A stretch of 64,000 bases of DNA from Oligoflexia bacterium (GCA_963758495.1 CAVWVI010000003.1:864001-928000); one strand, 5' to 3'; positions 41,577 through 52,921 are shown, counted from the stretch's first letter. The notes: generated by a model from the sequence alone, not told the origin. Numbers and translations: made by a program.

Positions 41577-42188
41577 ATGAAAAAGACACTAATAACCAGT
41601 GTGATTTTAGCATCAGCAACGATTTTCAGTAGCGTAGCATTTGCAGCCGATAGCCAATGGGAAATTTGGTCTGGCTCACTTGCAAATGTTGTTTTCAATG
41701 GATCGGGTGCTACTGCTACAACAACGACTAATAGCTCAACAACCAATATTAATCTTTTTACTCCATACCAAGGTGGTGTAGGCTTCGGACCTGCTCTCGG
41801 TTATATCCTGGGCAGTAATATCGAAATCAAAGTCACTCCCGGATATTATAGTACAGGAAACACCGCAGTAGGTGGAAGCGCACAAACCGGATATCAATTT
41901 CTGGCCGGCGTAAACTACAGCTTCATGAGCAACATGGAAGATTCCGTTTGGGCGGAAGTACAAGCAGGCGTAGTGAGCATGACCCCTGCTGCTGCCTCCG
42001 GAGTTACCGCTACCAGCAACTCCAATTTTACATGGATGGTTGCAGCAGGTAAGAGATTTTCTATCATGTCTCATGTCACCTGGAATCCTGAAATTAGCTA
42101 TAGCAGCATGTCTCAAGCTGCCACTGTGGCACCTGGAGCAGCAACTCAGCTTACGATTACCCCAGCTCAGTTCACTCTATTTCTTTAA
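41577..42188 (+). CDS. Probable outer-membrane beta-barrel protein
   Basis: Signal peptide ending AFA, AGVNY, AAGKRF, WNPEISY, terminal FTLFL. Confidence 0.75.
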   Translation: MKKTLITSVILASATIFSSVAFAADSQWEIWSGSLANVVFNGSGATATTTTNSSTTNINLFTPYQGGVGFGPALGYILGSNIEIKVTPGYYSTGNTAVGGSAQTGYQFLAGVNYSFMSNMEDSVWAEVQAGVVSMTPAAASGVTATSNSNFTWMVAAGKRFSIMSHVTWNPEISYSSMSQAATVAPGAATQLTITPAQFTLFL

Positions 42189-42199
42189 GAATGCATTAC

Positions 42200-42232
42200 A
42201 AGCCCAGGGCTCTCTGCTCTGGGCTTCTTTTT
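42200..42232 (+). terminator. Intrinsic terminator
   Basis: AAGCCCAGGGC-loop-GCTCTGGGCTT followed by CTTTTT. Confidence 0.75.
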
Positions 42233-42311
42233 AAAATCTACTAAATCAATCTTTTGAAAATTCTCAGCTATTTCTCAAATAAATCATTCGCTTAAAAAAT
42301 CACCTCAACAG

Positions 42312-42821
42312 CTAACTCCCTTTCAATGAGCGCTGATCGGTAAATAGATCAGGAAATTCTAAGTTCTCATTTCTAGCCAAGGCCTTTGCCAACCGAATCA
42401 AATCTGATTTATCTTCAAAAAAGTTTTCCCAAAATATATGGGTTTTCTTCCCATACTTTATCCCAATTCCACTTCGACCATATAGTTTCACTGAAAATAC
42501 GGAAGAAATTTGATCCAATTCAATGTAACGCTTAAAAGACACAGGTAATTTAGGAAAGTATACCTTCTCGTCGTCGACACAAATAAATGCCTTTCCTCGT
42601 CGTATCACTAAAATATTCAAATACATGGAGATGCTTAAAATTAAAGCACTCGTTCCAAACAAAAAAAATGCAACCCTGCCACATGTACAAAATAATCCTC
42701 CAACTTCTGGAGAACAGGATAGTGAATAAAGCGGAAAATATATAATTATTGCGCAAAAAAATAAGAACCCTATCGCAGGCAAACCATTACGCCATTTTAC
42801 TGCCATCTTAAAACATTGCAT
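42312..42821 (-). CDS. Hypothetical two-TM membrane protein, possible immunity protein
   Basis: Two hydrophobic helices then a soluble domain; AT-rich; GGAG RBS; follows a glycine-rich ORF. Confidence 0.6.
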   Translation of the reverse strand: MQCFKMAVKWRNGLPAIGFLFFCAIIIYFPLYSLSCSPEVGGLFCTCGRVAFFLFGTSALILSISMYLNILVIRRGKAFICVDDEKVYFPKLPVSFKRYIELDQISSVFSVKLYGRSGIGIKYGKKTHIFWENFFEDKSDLIRLAKALARNENLEFPDLFTDQRSLKGS

Positions 42822-42868
42822 CTAATCTCCAAATCAAATATTGATTTTAAATTATGTCTGAATATTAC

Positions 42869-43477
42869 TCATAGCTGCCAAGGTTTATATTGTCGCGGAT
42901 AGGGGCATGATTTTGGATGCGCAGGATGTGCCACAGGATTTCTGGAGACAGGCACAGTTGGCTTATAAACAGGAATATGAGGTGTAGATGGCGTATTAAT
43001 CACCTGGTCGACAGCAGTCCCAAAAATACTCTTATTTGTTGAATTGACCGTATCAGCAAATTCCGCTCCACGTATGCCGTTATACCCACTAAGTAGGCCG
43101 CTCATTCCTCCAGATATAGCACCTAATCCACCCCATAGCGCATAACTAAACAGAGAAGGAGCACTAGCGTCAGGAAGCAGTGAAGAAAGATAGGTTCCTC
43201 CTACCCCTCCAGCAAACCCTCCGATTGATCCTCCTACAGCTAATCCTCCAGTAGTTCCTAAACTAAAACCATTTGAAATAGCAGGTGCGAAATACATCCC
43301 CGCCGCTACCCCTACACCCCCTGTAAATCCTGTAATTGCCCCACTAGCGGCACCCATTCCTGCACCAGCCCAAAAGCTGCCGCCACCTACGGTGGTCACT
43401 GCTCCACCTATCAACGCGCCTGACGCAGCCCCAATCACTGCACCTTCGACCGCTGCTCCAACGACAGCGCCTATTGA
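42869..43477 (-). pseudogene. Glycine-zipper-rich C-terminal fragment resembling an Rhs/polymorphic toxin tail
   Basis: GAVVGAAVEGAVIGAASGALIGGAV.. repeats; the frame opens right after an in-frame TAG with no clear RBS. Confidence 0.5.
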
Positions 43478-43751
43478 CTACATAAATTATATTTATGTAA
43501 AGTATTTATTTTAAATATACAAATAACACCGAATCGGTTTTGAAAAAGACGAAATACAGAATGCGCACCGCAGCTCATCTATAAAGCAATGACTCAAAAT
43601 CTAATTGAGCTTTTTCTTAAGCATTTGACTTGCTTGATTCATTTTACAGCTAACAGCCCTTTACTATCATGTACTTATAACTACTCATAAAGTTTATGTG
43701 GATATTTTCCGTACACAATGATATCTTTTAATTAAAGGATGAATAAAAACT

Positions 43752-44039
43752 ATGGCCCGCCCTGCAGCATCAAAACAAAGAATGGATCGAATTGATATTC
43801 GCACTGAAGCGGAGACCAAACGCACTCTTCAACGTGCAGCTGACTTAAAGGGAACTGATTTGTCGAAGTTCATGATTTCACTGGCTTTTACTCACGCAAA
43901 ACAGATCCTCGATGAACACGAAAAAACAACCCTAACTGATCTAGATCGTAAATTGTTCTTTGCAGCCTTAGAAAATCCAAAGGGTCCAAATGAGGCATTA
44001 AAAAAAGCCGCGACTCGTTACAAACAACTTTTCAAATAG
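43752..44039 (+). CDS. DUF1778 ribbon-helix-helix antitoxin (AtaR/TacA-like)
   Basis: RIDIR..LQRAA..LSKF..ALENPKGPNEALKKA; upstream of a GNAT gene. Confidence 0.9.
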   Translation: MARPAASKQRMDRIDIRTEAETKRTLQRAADLKGTDLSKFMISLAFTHAKQILDEHEKTTLTDLDRKLFFAALENPKGPNEALKKAATRYKQLFK

Positions 44040-44042
44040 ACC

Positions 44043-44633
44043 ATGCCTCACGCAAAACAAATTGATGGTCGTGTCCGCAGAGAATTTGTCCCATTATCTA
44101 AGAAATTTGATCATGATTCATTTGACTGCGGTGTTCCTGAACTGAACGATTTTTTAAAAACAAAGGCAACTCAGTACGCAAAAAGAAAGATCGCACAAAC
44201 ATTTGTAGCTTACCCAATCGATGAACCAAAACAAATTGATGGATATTTTTCGATCAGTATGAACACCATTGATTGTGGTGAGCTACCAAAAAATTTAAAA
44301 ATAAAATACCCAAGACATCCTCTCCCTGCAGCTCTTATTGGCCGATTAGCTGTATCAATTCGGTGCCAAAAACAGGGACTAGGAGAACTTTTATTGCTCT
44401 ATGCACTCGATCGCATTGTCCAATTATCCGAGCAAGTAGGATGCGCAGCAATCCTAGTTGATGCAAAGAACGAATCTGCAATTACATTCTATCGAAAGTA
44501 TGGATTTTTTCAGCTGGTGAGTAATTCAAATAAATTATTTCTACCAATCAATGATGCCCAGGAACTTTTCGAATCTTTCGATTTTCCAGACGTGGAAGAT
44601 TTACCCCTACAAATACGTGACTCATTTGATTGA
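44043..44633 (+). CDS. GNAT acetyltransferase toxin (AtaT/TacT-like)
   Basis: FDCGVPELNDFL, PAALIGRLAV, QKQGLGELLL, VDAKNESAITFYRKYGF. Confidence 0.9.
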   Translation: MPHAKQIDGRVRREFVPLSKKFDHDSFDCGVPELNDFLKTKATQYAKRKIAQTFVAYPIDEPKQIDGYFSISMNTIDCGELPKNLKIKYPRHPLPAALIGRLAVSIRCQKQGLGELLLLYALDRIVQLSEQVGCAAILVDAKNESAITFYRKYGFFQLVSNSNKLFLPINDAQELFESFDFPDVEDLPLQIRDSFD

Positions 44634-44754
44634 CAAGAGGTCTCAACTTACGAGAATTACTCTCAACCATCGAACAAAAGCAAATCACCTCAATCACGAA
44701 TTTCTTGAAATTAAGAATTATTCTTGCTACTTCCCCAGCCTGGGGGTCGAATTT

Positions 44755-45447
44755 ATGCAAAATATCACCAAAAAGTGCACCTTCCTTTTAACCTTACTCT
44801 CTTGCTGTTGTCCTTCTTGGATTTATGCTTCCATCTCCACCTGGGAAAAAACTGGACAACAAGACGGGGTCACGACCTACCGTCAAGAAATACTAGGAAG
44901 CCCTGTGGTGGCATTTCGAGGCGAAGGAATTATTTCTGCACCTATTGAAAAAGTAGCGAGTGTATTACTTGATACACCGAGAGCTACAGAATGGGTAAGC
45001 GATCTAGCAGAAGCAAAGGTTATTGCATGGAAGTCCAAGGATTCTTTTATTGAATATGACCATCTGAAAACACCTCCTCTCATCATGAAAGACCGAGAGT
45101 TTGTTTCTCTTGTAAAGATGGAGATCAATCAAAAGGAAAAACAAATCATTTTCCGATACAAATCTCTTCAAGACTCCTCTGTTGTGCCTGAAACAAGCAA
45201 TATTCGAGGAGAATTATTAAATTCGACATTTACTTTAACTTCCTTAAAAAATGGCACCCAGACCAAGGTAGCAGGCGAAATTCATTGCGACCCTAAAGGC
45301 TCTGTCCCAAAATGGCTCGTGAACTGGTTCCAAGAACAATGGCCAGTAAACACTCTCAAAAACCTTCGCAAGCAAGTTTCAAAAGCTGACATCAAAGCAA
45401 ATCCAATGATCACTGCTCTTTTGACCGAAAAAAAAGATAAACGGTGA
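44755..45447 (+). CDS. Secreted START-domain lipid-binding protein
   Basis: Signal peptide, W..DGVTTY, DREFV, DPKGSVPKWLVN. Confidence 0.82.
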   Translation: MQNITKKCTFLLTLLSCCCPSWIYASISTWEKTGQQDGVTTYRQEILGSPVVAFRGEGIISAPIEKVASVLLDTPRATEWVSDLAEAKVIAWKSKDSFIEYDHLKTPPLIMKDREFVSLVKMEINQKEKQIIFRYKSLQDSSVVPETSNIRGELLNSTFTLTSLKNGTQTKVAGEIHCDPKGSVPKWLVNWFQEQWPVNTLKNLRKQVSKADIKANPMITALLTEKKDKR

Positions 45448-45515
45448 GCGTTATTAAGTAGATTGCAAAAAATTCTTTGAAAAGTGGATGGAATATTCTT
45501 TTTTTGGGGAAACAA

Positions 45516-45866
45516 ATGATTAGATCTGATTTCAAAACTAATCTTACCTACTTTGTTATAGGTGCCATGCTTTTGACTCCAGTAGCTTGGGCCGATAAAA
45601 ACCTAATCTTGAATGAGGTTTCTATCACCTTTAGGAAAAATAAATATGGTGACACCTATGTCACCTTCCCATTTAAGGTCAGCCGCGACAACTCGGTACC
45701 ATTTCTCCCAGGAGTTGTACCAAGGTATGAGACAAAACCGAAGGTTCGTTTCAACTGTGGAGAAAATTTTGAATTTTTCATTAGAAACAAAAGTCTTCCT
45801 TTTTTTCGAAGTCCTTCAAAAAAGGGCCTGATTATCGCAAGAGGCACAGATCTAGATCGTTCTTAG
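45516..45866 (+). CDS. Hypothetical secreted protein, possibly truncated
   Basis: Signal-peptide-like start ending VAWA, no motif. Confidence 0.45.
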   Translation: MIRSDFKTNLTYFVIGAMLLTPVAWADKNLILNEVSITFRKNKYGDTYVTFPFKVSRDNSVPFLPGVVPRYETKPKVRFNCGENFEFFIRNKSLPFFRSPSKKGLIIARGTDLDRS

Positions 45867-46031
45867 CGAGAATTAATGGAATTTCAATTTTCCAATCTTT
45901 TCATCTGCTAAAAGTGCTACAAGTTGCTCAATGGGCACAAATTTATTATCGGCGACAATGTTGATTTAATCAACACAGTAAAATATGAATATTTTTAATA
46001 AGTTATATTATTATATATCTCTGATGGTCAT

Positions 46032-46078
46032 ATATATGTCGATTTATTGCATTGACACTGCAATAAATCGACATATAT
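46032..46078 (+). promoter_or_regulatory. Perfect 20-bp inverted repeat with TTGACA in the loop
   Basis: ATATATGTCGATTTATTGCA-TTGACAC-TGCAATAAATCGACATATAT, ending 9 nt before ATG 46088. Confidence 0.8.
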
Positions 46079-46087
46079 CCTTAACTA

Positions 46088-47212
46088 ATGCCACATATCA
46101 GACACCGCCTGATCGAACCGTTGCTCCTTAAAAAAATTAAACTTTGGCCCGTTGTCTCCGTACTAGGTCCACGTCAATGCGGAAAAACCACTCTCCTGAA
46201 TTCTCTTCTGTTTCAGCCTAATCAATTTTCTTTTCTCAGTTTTGATAAAGCCGCAAATCGGACAGAAGCTCAGCGATCTCCTGAGCTTTTTTTAAAACAG
46301 TTTGAGAAGTTCCCCGTGGTTCTCGATGAAGCTGCTAAAGTTCCTGCATTATTTGATGAGATTAAAGCCATAATTGATAGCAAGCGCATACCAGGAAGAT
46401 TCATCTTAACGGGCAGTGTGAATTTTTCAAAAAAAATCGGTATTCGAGAATCTCTCACAGGGCGAACTTCCATCGTCCGAATGGGACCTTTATTGCTTCA
46501 GGAAACGCTCCAGCCGAACGAGACGATTCAACTTTCTGAAATCCAAAGATACCTGGAGAAAGGCGGTATGCCTGGTGTCTGTTTTCTTCGAGATCCATCC
46601 GAACGACAGGACTATTGGGAAAGCTGGCTAGATACCACTTGTGAGCGGGATATTAAGGTTTTTTCGAAAGGAAGATTAAGTGGAGATCTCGCTCGACAGA
46701 TCGTGCAGCTGACTGCCGAATTAGAGTTCCCCAATGTGAGTGAGATTGCTCGGACCTTGAATCAGGATTCTAGACGAATCAATACTCACCTAGAAGCGCT
46801 CGAAGAGCTTTTTGTGATTAGGAAACTAAATCCCCATCCCTCTGGCGTTGGAAAAACTCTTTATTTTCCATTTGACTGTGGCCTGGCTTCCTATCTTCAA
46901 GCATCAATGAGACGTCGTTGGCAAATTTGGTGGCTTATTCAAAACATCAATCAAGCTCTTTTTTCTGGAATCAGGATGGAGCCACCTACCTATTATTTAA
47001 CCAGTCGGGGGTCTTTGATTGATTTTATATCAAATAAACAGGGTTTTCTATTTACGGATCTCCCTTCGGCAGGACGAAGGGAAACTATGACTTTAAGGGC
47101 AGCTAAAAAAGCCTTGCCAAATCACAAGCTACTCCTAATGGTAGCTACAGACTCGGAAGGCTTTCAAAACCCTGACTACAACAGCACTCCTTGGCGATCG
47201 GTTGTTAGCTAA
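46088..47212 (+). CDS. AAA_14-type ATPase with DUF4143-like C-terminus
   Basis: GPRQCGKTTL, VLDEA, FILTGS, ESLTGR, GGMP, ERDI, LYFPFDCGL. Confidence 0.85.
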   Translation: MPHIRHRLIEPLLLKKIKLWPVVSVLGPRQCGKTTLLNSLLFQPNQFSFLSFDKAANRTEAQRSPELFLKQFEKFPVVLDEAAKVPALFDEIKAIIDSKRIPGRFILTGSVNFSKKIGIRESLTGRTSIVRMGPLLLQETLQPNETIQLSEIQRYLEKGGMPGVCFLRDPSERQDYWESWLDTTCERDIKVFSKGRLSGDLARQIVQLTAELEFPNVSEIARTLNQDSRRINTHLEALEELFVIRKLNPHPSGVGKTLYFPFDCGLASYLQASMRRRWQIWWLIQNINQALFSGIRMEPPTYYLTSRGSLIDFISNKQGFLFTDLPSAGRRETMTLRAAKKALPNHKLLLMVATDSEGFQNPDYNSTPWRSVVS

Positions 47213-47251
47213 ATTTTCAAATGAATCCTACGATTGACAAGTATTACAGAG

Positions 47252-47434
47252 TTACCCTCCTGCCTTACCAATAGCTCCATTTCTTTTACTCACATCGCCT
47301 GGGACCAAGTTACCTGGATTATTATTTCGCCAAGCACGGTCCCCCTTTAAAAAATAAACAGTTCTCCCATCTTCAGCTTCATAAATGACTGAATTATTTG
47401 AACCAGGAGTCGCTTTGATAAATTTATTATTCAT
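47252..47434 (-). pseudogene. Truncated RNNNPGN-motif protein
   Basis: RAWRNNNPGNL..GAIGKAGG then stop at 60 aa. Confidence 0.5.
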
Positions 47435-47634
47435 TTTATAATTTCTTTAAGTTAATCAACCCAAATCAAGACCCTTGAGTGGTGATGCCCTGTCCAACGA
47501 TGAAAAAGATGTCCTTTCAATTGTACTTTCTTTTTTCCATTCGTAGCGCTCCTAATTACCGAAACGGCAACTGGAACCGAAACTATCCCTTAACTCGAAC
47601 TTAGGTTAATATATTCTATTTAAATAAATGCAAA

Positions 47635-50256
47635 TCAGTGCTTAATCGCCACGCCCGTGGTCTCTTGAGCAGGCTCTTCGCGAACCAATTCTACAGGCGG
47701 ACTTAGCGGTGAAATCGCTAGATCTCCCACACCCTTGCGCATTAAAAACTCTTCAGGATGTTCAAGCTCCAAAGCGAGTCTAAGAACCTGGTCGGCATGT
47801 TCTACTGGAACGATTTGCATGCCTTTTGTAATTTCCTTAGGAATTTTCTTAATATCAGGAATATTTCCTTTTGGAATCAGAACTGTTTTAATGTTCCCAA
47901 TTTTTGCAGCCAGCAACTTTTCCTTCAATCCACCAATGGGAAGAACCCGGCCACGCAAGGTAATTTCTCCAGTCATTGCGACGTCCCGCTTCACTGGAAC
48001 TCTAATCAGTGCACTCGTAATCGCTGTAGCCATAGTAATTCCAGCTGACGGACCATCCTTAGGAACTGCACCTTCTGGCACATGGAGGTGAATATCAATA
48101 CTTTGATAGAAGTCTTTATCTAAGTTTAAAAGAGACGCACGTGAACGTACGTAGCTCATGGCTGTTGCAGCAGACTCTTGCATCACCTCACCGAGTTTGC
48201 CAGTAATCTTCACCTGACCTTTACCCGGTACGACACTCACTTCTATTTGAAGGAGATCACCACCCGCCTCTGTATAAGCGAGTCCGTTTGTAAGGCCAAT
48301 TTCATTGTGTTCTTCAGCCATATTCACGGTGTATTTTGGAGGCCCAAGCATCTCCTCAAGATCTTTTTCCGAAATAGTCAGTGCGGCCTGAGTCGGCTCC
48401 TCTTTCGGTGGAGAAATCGTCAAAGTACCTGTTGTAGCTGTTTTTGCTAATGCGTTTTTTGTTTTAGACTTCAATACCGGCGCAACATCTGAAGCAAGGG
48501 TGGCCGCCCCTTCAAGTCCTTGCTGATGTCCACTTCTCTTTTCCACGATCTTCTTCGCAGTTTTACGACAAACCGTAGCCACTAATCTCTCTAAGCTTCT
48601 TACCCCTGCTTCTCGGGTGTAATTCCGAATCATCGAATAGACGGCCTCATCGGTAATTTGCACATCTCCTGAGAATAAACCATGAGCTTCCATCTGCTTA
48701 CTGATTAAATATTTGCGTACAATATTGAATTTTTCGATCTCAGTATAGCCGGAAATCGTAATCACTTCCATTCGATCCAACAGCGGCTTCGGGATCGTAT
48801 AAAGCGAATTTGCAGTCAGGATAAACATCACTTTAGAAAGATCGTAGTCGACCTCTAAATAATGATCACCAAAAGCGACATTTTGCTCGGGGTCGAGTAC
48901 TTCCAACAAAGCTGAAGAGGGATCTCCTCTAAAGTCCATGCTCATTTTATCGACTTCATCCAATAGAAAGACAGGATTGGATGTCCCAGCCTTTTTTAAA
49001 GATTGAACAATCTTGCCCGGCAATGCGCCGACATAGGTCCTTCGATGCCCTCGGATTTCCGCTTCGTCTCGAACACCACCGAGAGAACATCGCACGAACT
49101 TCTTATTGAGAGACTTGGCAATTGATTTAGCAAGAGAGGTCTTACCTACCCCTGGAGGTCCTGCAAAACAGAGAATCTGACCTTTGGAATTATTGGTCAG
49201 AACCCGAACTGCCAAATACTCTAAAATTCTCTCTTTTACTTCTTCTAATCCGTAATGATCTTCTTCCAGGACTTCTTCGGCAGCCTTCACATCATTTCTG
49301 TCCTGACTATACTCCGCCCACGGCAAGCACATCAACCAATCGATATAGTTTCGCACTACGGTTGCCTCTGCTGACATGGGTGACATCATCTTCAGCTTTT
49401 TTAGCTCGCGAGTGCACTTTTCTTTAGCCTCTTTGCTCATCGGCTTAGAGCGAATTTGCTTTTCAATGGCTTGAAGTTCAGCTTTAAATTCGTCTTTCTC
49501 GCCCAATTCCTTTTGGATGGCTTGCATCTGTTCGTTTAAATAGTACTCTTTTTGAGAGCGTTCCATCTGCTTCTTCACACGAGAACGGATACGACGCTCC
49601 ACTTGAAGGATTTCAATCTCACCCTGCATCAGCTGAAGCAATTTTTCTAACCGCTTGGAGGGATCTTGGACTTCTAAAATTTCTTGTTTATCTTCTAATT
49701 TCAAATTCAAATGAGCCACAATCAAATCAGCCAATCGCGAAGGATCTTCGATTGTATTCACACTCATCAACATTTCAGGGGGAATACGCTTGTTCAGCTT
49801 GACGTAGTTTTCAAAGGTGGATTTAAGTGAGCGCACTAATGCTTCGAGCTCTACAGTACTTTCAATCACATCGGCTAATTCTTCAACCTCGGCCTCAATC
49901 ATTCGATCAGTTTCATAATACCCTGTGATGCGAGCGCGCTTTTTTCCTTCGATTAAAACTTTAACGGTATTGTCTGGTAAGCGAAGAATTTGTAAAATGG
50001 TACCGAGTGTTCCTACTGAGAAAATATCACTCTCTCCTGGACTCACAGTAGTCGCTTGGCGTTGGGCTACTAAAAACAAATCCAGCTTTTTATTAACACA
50101 CTCCTCTAATGCGTTAATTGACTTCTCTCTTCCTACGAACAGGGGCACGACCATATGAGGGAAAATAATGACATCCCTGAGTGGCAACAACGGAACCTTC
50201 ACTTTAATCGACTTCTTGTCTCTTTCATTTTTTGATTCGCTTTTTGAGTTGCTCAT
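47635..50256 (-). CDS. lon: Lon protease
   Basis: [40 protein letters not shown]. Confidence 0.98.
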   Translation of the reverse strand: MSNSKSESKNERDKKSIKVKVPLLPLRDVIIFPHMVVPLFVGREKSINALEECVNKKLDLFLVAQRQATTVSPGESDIFSVGTLGTILQILRLPDNTVKVLIEGKKRARITGYYETDRMIEAEVEELADVIESTVELEALVRSLKSTFENYVKLNKRIPPEMLMSVNTIEDPSRLADLIVAHLNLKLEDKQEILEVQDPSKRLEKLLQLMQGEIEILQVERRIRSRVKKQMERSQKEYYLNEQMQAIQKELGEKDEFKAELQAIEKQIRSKPMSKEAKEKCTRELKKLKMMSPMSAEATVVRNYIDWLMCLPWAEYSQDRNDVKAAEEVLEEDHYGLEEVKERILEYLAVRVLTNNSKGQILCFAGPPGVGKTSLAKSIAKSLNKKFVRCSLGGVRDEAEIRGHRRTYVGALPGKIVQSLKKAGTSNPVFLLDEVDKMSMDFRGDPSSALLEVLDPEQNVAFGDHYLEVDYDLSKVMFILTANSLYTIPKPLLDRMEVITISGYTEIEKFNIVRKYLISKQMEAHGLFSGDVQITDEAVYSMIRNYTREAGVRSLERLVATVCRKTAKKIVEKRSGHQQGLEGAATLASDVAPVLKSKTKNALAKTATTGTLTISPPKEEPTQAALTISEKDLEEMLGPPKYTVNMAEEHNEIGLTNGLAYTEAGGDLLQIEVSVVPGKGQVKITGKLGEVMQESAATAMSYVRSRASLLNLDKDFYQSIDIHLHVPEGAVPKDGPSAGITMATAITSALIRVPVKRDVAMTGEITLRGRVLPIGGLKEKLLAAKIGNIKTVLIPKGNIPDIKKIPKEITKGMQIVPVEHADQVLRLALELEHPEEFLMRKGVGDLAISPLSPPVELVREEPAQETTGVAIKH

Positions 50257-50505
50257 TGATTTTCCTCTCCTTGTTTAACTACAGCACATACGGACAGAGG
50301 TTGCAAACTTCAGGTATTTTTTGCCGCGAGAAATTTCACATATTTTTCAATACTTAGCGTATTTATAAAAACTTTATGAACTGGAATTTTGCAATCCTCA
50401 TTAACGCATAGAGATGTAGCTGACTCAAAGAGTCTGCCATATGCCCACAAGGCTCTCTATCTTTACCCTGATCTTCAAAATAGGGGCCGCAAACTCACTT
50501 ATAAA

Positions 50506-51819
50506 TCAAGCACTCTCAGCTTTTGTCGAAGGTGTCGCAGGAGTATTTGCGGCTTCTGTTCCATCCTCTAGCATCATCAACGGACGTTCACCCTTTAATA
50601 CTACGCTCTTCGTCACGATACACTTCTTGATATGAGCTTTAGCTGGGAGATCATACATAACTTCTAACATGGATTGCTCAAGAATAGCTCGAAGTCCCCG
50701 TGCGCCGGTGTTTCTCTTGATCGCTTCTTTTGCTACTGCCTCGAGTGCATCTTCTTCAAACTCCAAAGCAACGTCATCATACTCAAACAATTTAGCATAC
50801 TGTTTGGTCAATGCATTTTTAGGTTGAGTGAGAATCTCGATCAATGCCTTTTCATCCAACTCTTCGAGAGTGGCGATTACTGGCAAACGACCTATGAATT
50901 CGGGAATCAATCCAAATTTAATCAGGTCTTCTGGCTCTACCTGTGACAAAAGCTTGGAAACATTCTCATCCTTCTTGGATGTGATATTTGCTTGGAGACC
51001 TAGACTTCTTTTGCCCTTACGCATCCCCACAATTTTATCGACTCCAACAAATGCCCCGCCGCAAATGAAGAGAATATTAGACGTATCCACCTGTACAAAT
51101 TCCTGTTGAGGATGTTTTCGTCCACCTTTAGGCGGTACGTTTGCAATAGTGCCTTCAATGATTTTTAGGAGCGCTTGCTGTACACCCTCACCACTCACAT
51201 CTCGAGTGATGGAAGGATTTTCACTTTTACGCGAAATCTTATCAACTTCATCAATATAGACGATCCCTTTTTGCGCACGTTCCACGTTGTTGTCACAATT
51301 TTGAAGAAGGTTCAAAATGATATTTTCAACATCTTCACCTACGTAACCGGCCTCAGTTAAAGTAGTTGCATCTGCCATGGCAAAAGGGACATTCAATAAT
51401 TTAGCAAGTGTCTGGGCCAATAACGTCTTTCCAGATCCTGTCGGACCAATCAGTAAGATATTGCTCTTTTGAAGCTCAATTCCATCTTTACCGTCCTTGC
51501 CCTTCTTTTCCCCTTGATGCTGGATTCTCTTATAATGATTATAAACTGCAACGGAAAGTACTCGTTTTGCACGCTCCTGTCCGATCACGTATTGATCTAA
51601 AATGTTCTTAATTTCAGAGGGTTTGGGTATAGTCTGCGAAGATCGAGAAGGCGATTCTTTCTGACCTTCCTCTGCAATGATATCATTACATAGCTCAATA
51701 CATTCGTCACAAATATAAACCGTGGGCCCTGCGATCAGTTTTTTTACTTCTCTCTGGTTTTTGCCACAAAATGAACAACACAGATTTCCGAAACCGTCGC
51801 CGTATTTTTTTCCGTCCAT
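50506..51819 (-). CDS. clpX: ClpX ATPase
   Basis: CSFCGK Zn finger, [29 protein letters not shown]. Confidence 0.98.
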   Translation of the reverse strand: MDGKKYGDGFGNLCCSFCGKNQREVKKLIAGPTVYICDECIELCNDIIAEEGQKESPSRSSQTIPKPSEIKNILDQYVIGQERAKRVLSVAVYNHYKRIQHQGEKKGKDGKDGIELQKSNILLIGPTGSGKTLLAQTLAKLLNVPFAMADATTLTEAGYVGEDVENIILNLLQNCDNNVERAQKGIVYIDEVDKISRKSENPSITRDVSGEGVQQALLKIIEGTIANVPPKGGRKHPQQEFVQVDTSNILFICGGAFVGVDKIVGMRKGKRSLGLQANITSKKDENVSKLLSQVEPEDLIKFGLIPEFIGRLPVIATLEELDEKALIEILTQPKNALTKQYAKLFEYDDVALEFEEDALEAVAKEAIKRNTGARGLRAILEQSMLEVMYDLPAKAHIKKCIVTKSVVLKGERPLMMLEDGTEAANTPATPSTKAESA

Positions 51820-51842
51820 AGTCTTTCCTTAGAAATATTGGG

Positions 51843-52523
51843 TTAAATGATTCCCCGTTTTTCAACTACTTTATCAATCAGACCGTATTCTACGGCCTCT
51901 TTACCAGATAAATAATTATCACGATCCGTATCTTTTTTGACCTGCTCGACTGTCCTACCTGCATGGAGGGCTATAATAGCGTTGAGTCGATCCTTCAAAA
52001 ATAAAATCTCTCTTGCTTGAATTTCTATATCAGAAGCTTGGCCCTTTGCGCCACCTAAAGGCTGGTGAATCATAATGCGACTATGAGGTAAACTAAACCG
52101 TTTGCCCGCCGCTCCTGCTGTTAAAAGTAATGCGCCCATACTTGCGGCCATACCAATACAATAGGTGCAGACATCAGACTTAATGAATTGCATCACATCA
52201 TAAATTCCTAATCCTGCGTAGACTGATCCTCCAGGCGAATTAATATAAAGGTGAATATCTTTATCGGGATCAGACGACTCCAAAAAAAACATCTGCGCTA
52301 CTAATAAATTCGTAACAGTGTCATTCACTTCGGTTCCAAGAAAAATGATTCGATCGAGCAAAAGGCGTGAATAGATATCATATTGTCTTTCTCCTCGAGG
52401 AGTCTGCTCAATCACTATCGGATTAGGGATATAGTTGGATTGAGGACCGTCCAAATCAAACCCTACTAAATCTGGGCGAATTAAACTTGAAGGCACTGTT
52501 CTTTGGGCAGATCGTATTAACAT
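51843..52523 (-). CDS. clpP: ClpP protease proteolytic subunit
   Basis: [29 protein letters not shown]. Confidence 0.98.
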   Translation of the reverse strand: MLIRSAQRTVPSSLIRPDLVGFDLDGPQSNYIPNPIVIEQTPRGERQYDIYSRLLLDRIIFLGTEVNDTVTNLLVAQMFFLESSDPDKDIHLYINSPGGSVYAGLGIYDVMQFIKSDVCTYCIGMAASMGALLLTAGAAGKRFSLPHSRIMIHQPLGGAKGQASDIEIQAREILFLKDRLNAIIALHAGRTVEQVKKDTDRDNYLSGKEAVEYGLIDKVVEKRGII

Positions 52524-52684
52524 ATGATGAACCTCCCGATTCGATGCTTACCTATTGCCAGTATACATACATGAAACAAATGTTGCTCTGAGCCAATCAA
52601 AAATTTTTTGCAATTTAACATAGAAGATGATTTCAAAAGGAAATAAAGATGCGAAGCGGCTCAATTAAATAGGATTTTTAGCTT

Positions 52685-52921
52685 TTACTCAAAATCTTCA
52701 CTCTTCTCAGCCACTAAATCAGCTTGGATCGATTCTAAATAGGTAAGCATTGCCGCTCTCAACTGATCTAGTGTTACATCCTTTTGCGAATCTTGGCCAG
52801 ACTGCTCTAGAATTTGATCTAATTCGGGGCGAATCCATCCCTCCGGTAATCCGGTAAGCGAGACGAGCTGTTGAATTAACCCTTGATCATCCGGTTCCAC
52901 CTCTGTATCGGAGACTTCCAT
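52685..52921 (-). CDS. Small acidic hypothetical protein
   Basis: GGAGGG RBS before ATG 52921; LTGLP..TLDQLR..YL. Confidence 0.65.
   Translation of the reverse strand: MEVSDTEVEPDDQGLIQQLVSLTGLPEGWIRPELDQILEQSGQDSQKDVTLDQLRAAMLTYLESIQADLVAEKSEDFE

Noticed and set aside
44053..44242. 16-bp direct repeat CAAAACAAATTGATGG inside the GNAT gene
   Set aside because: Short, A-rich, in-frame (KQIDG twice), with no sign of a mobile element
52545..52560. Sigma-54-like GG-N10-GC upstream of clpP
   Set aside because: The -12 element is AAGC rather than TTGC; too weak
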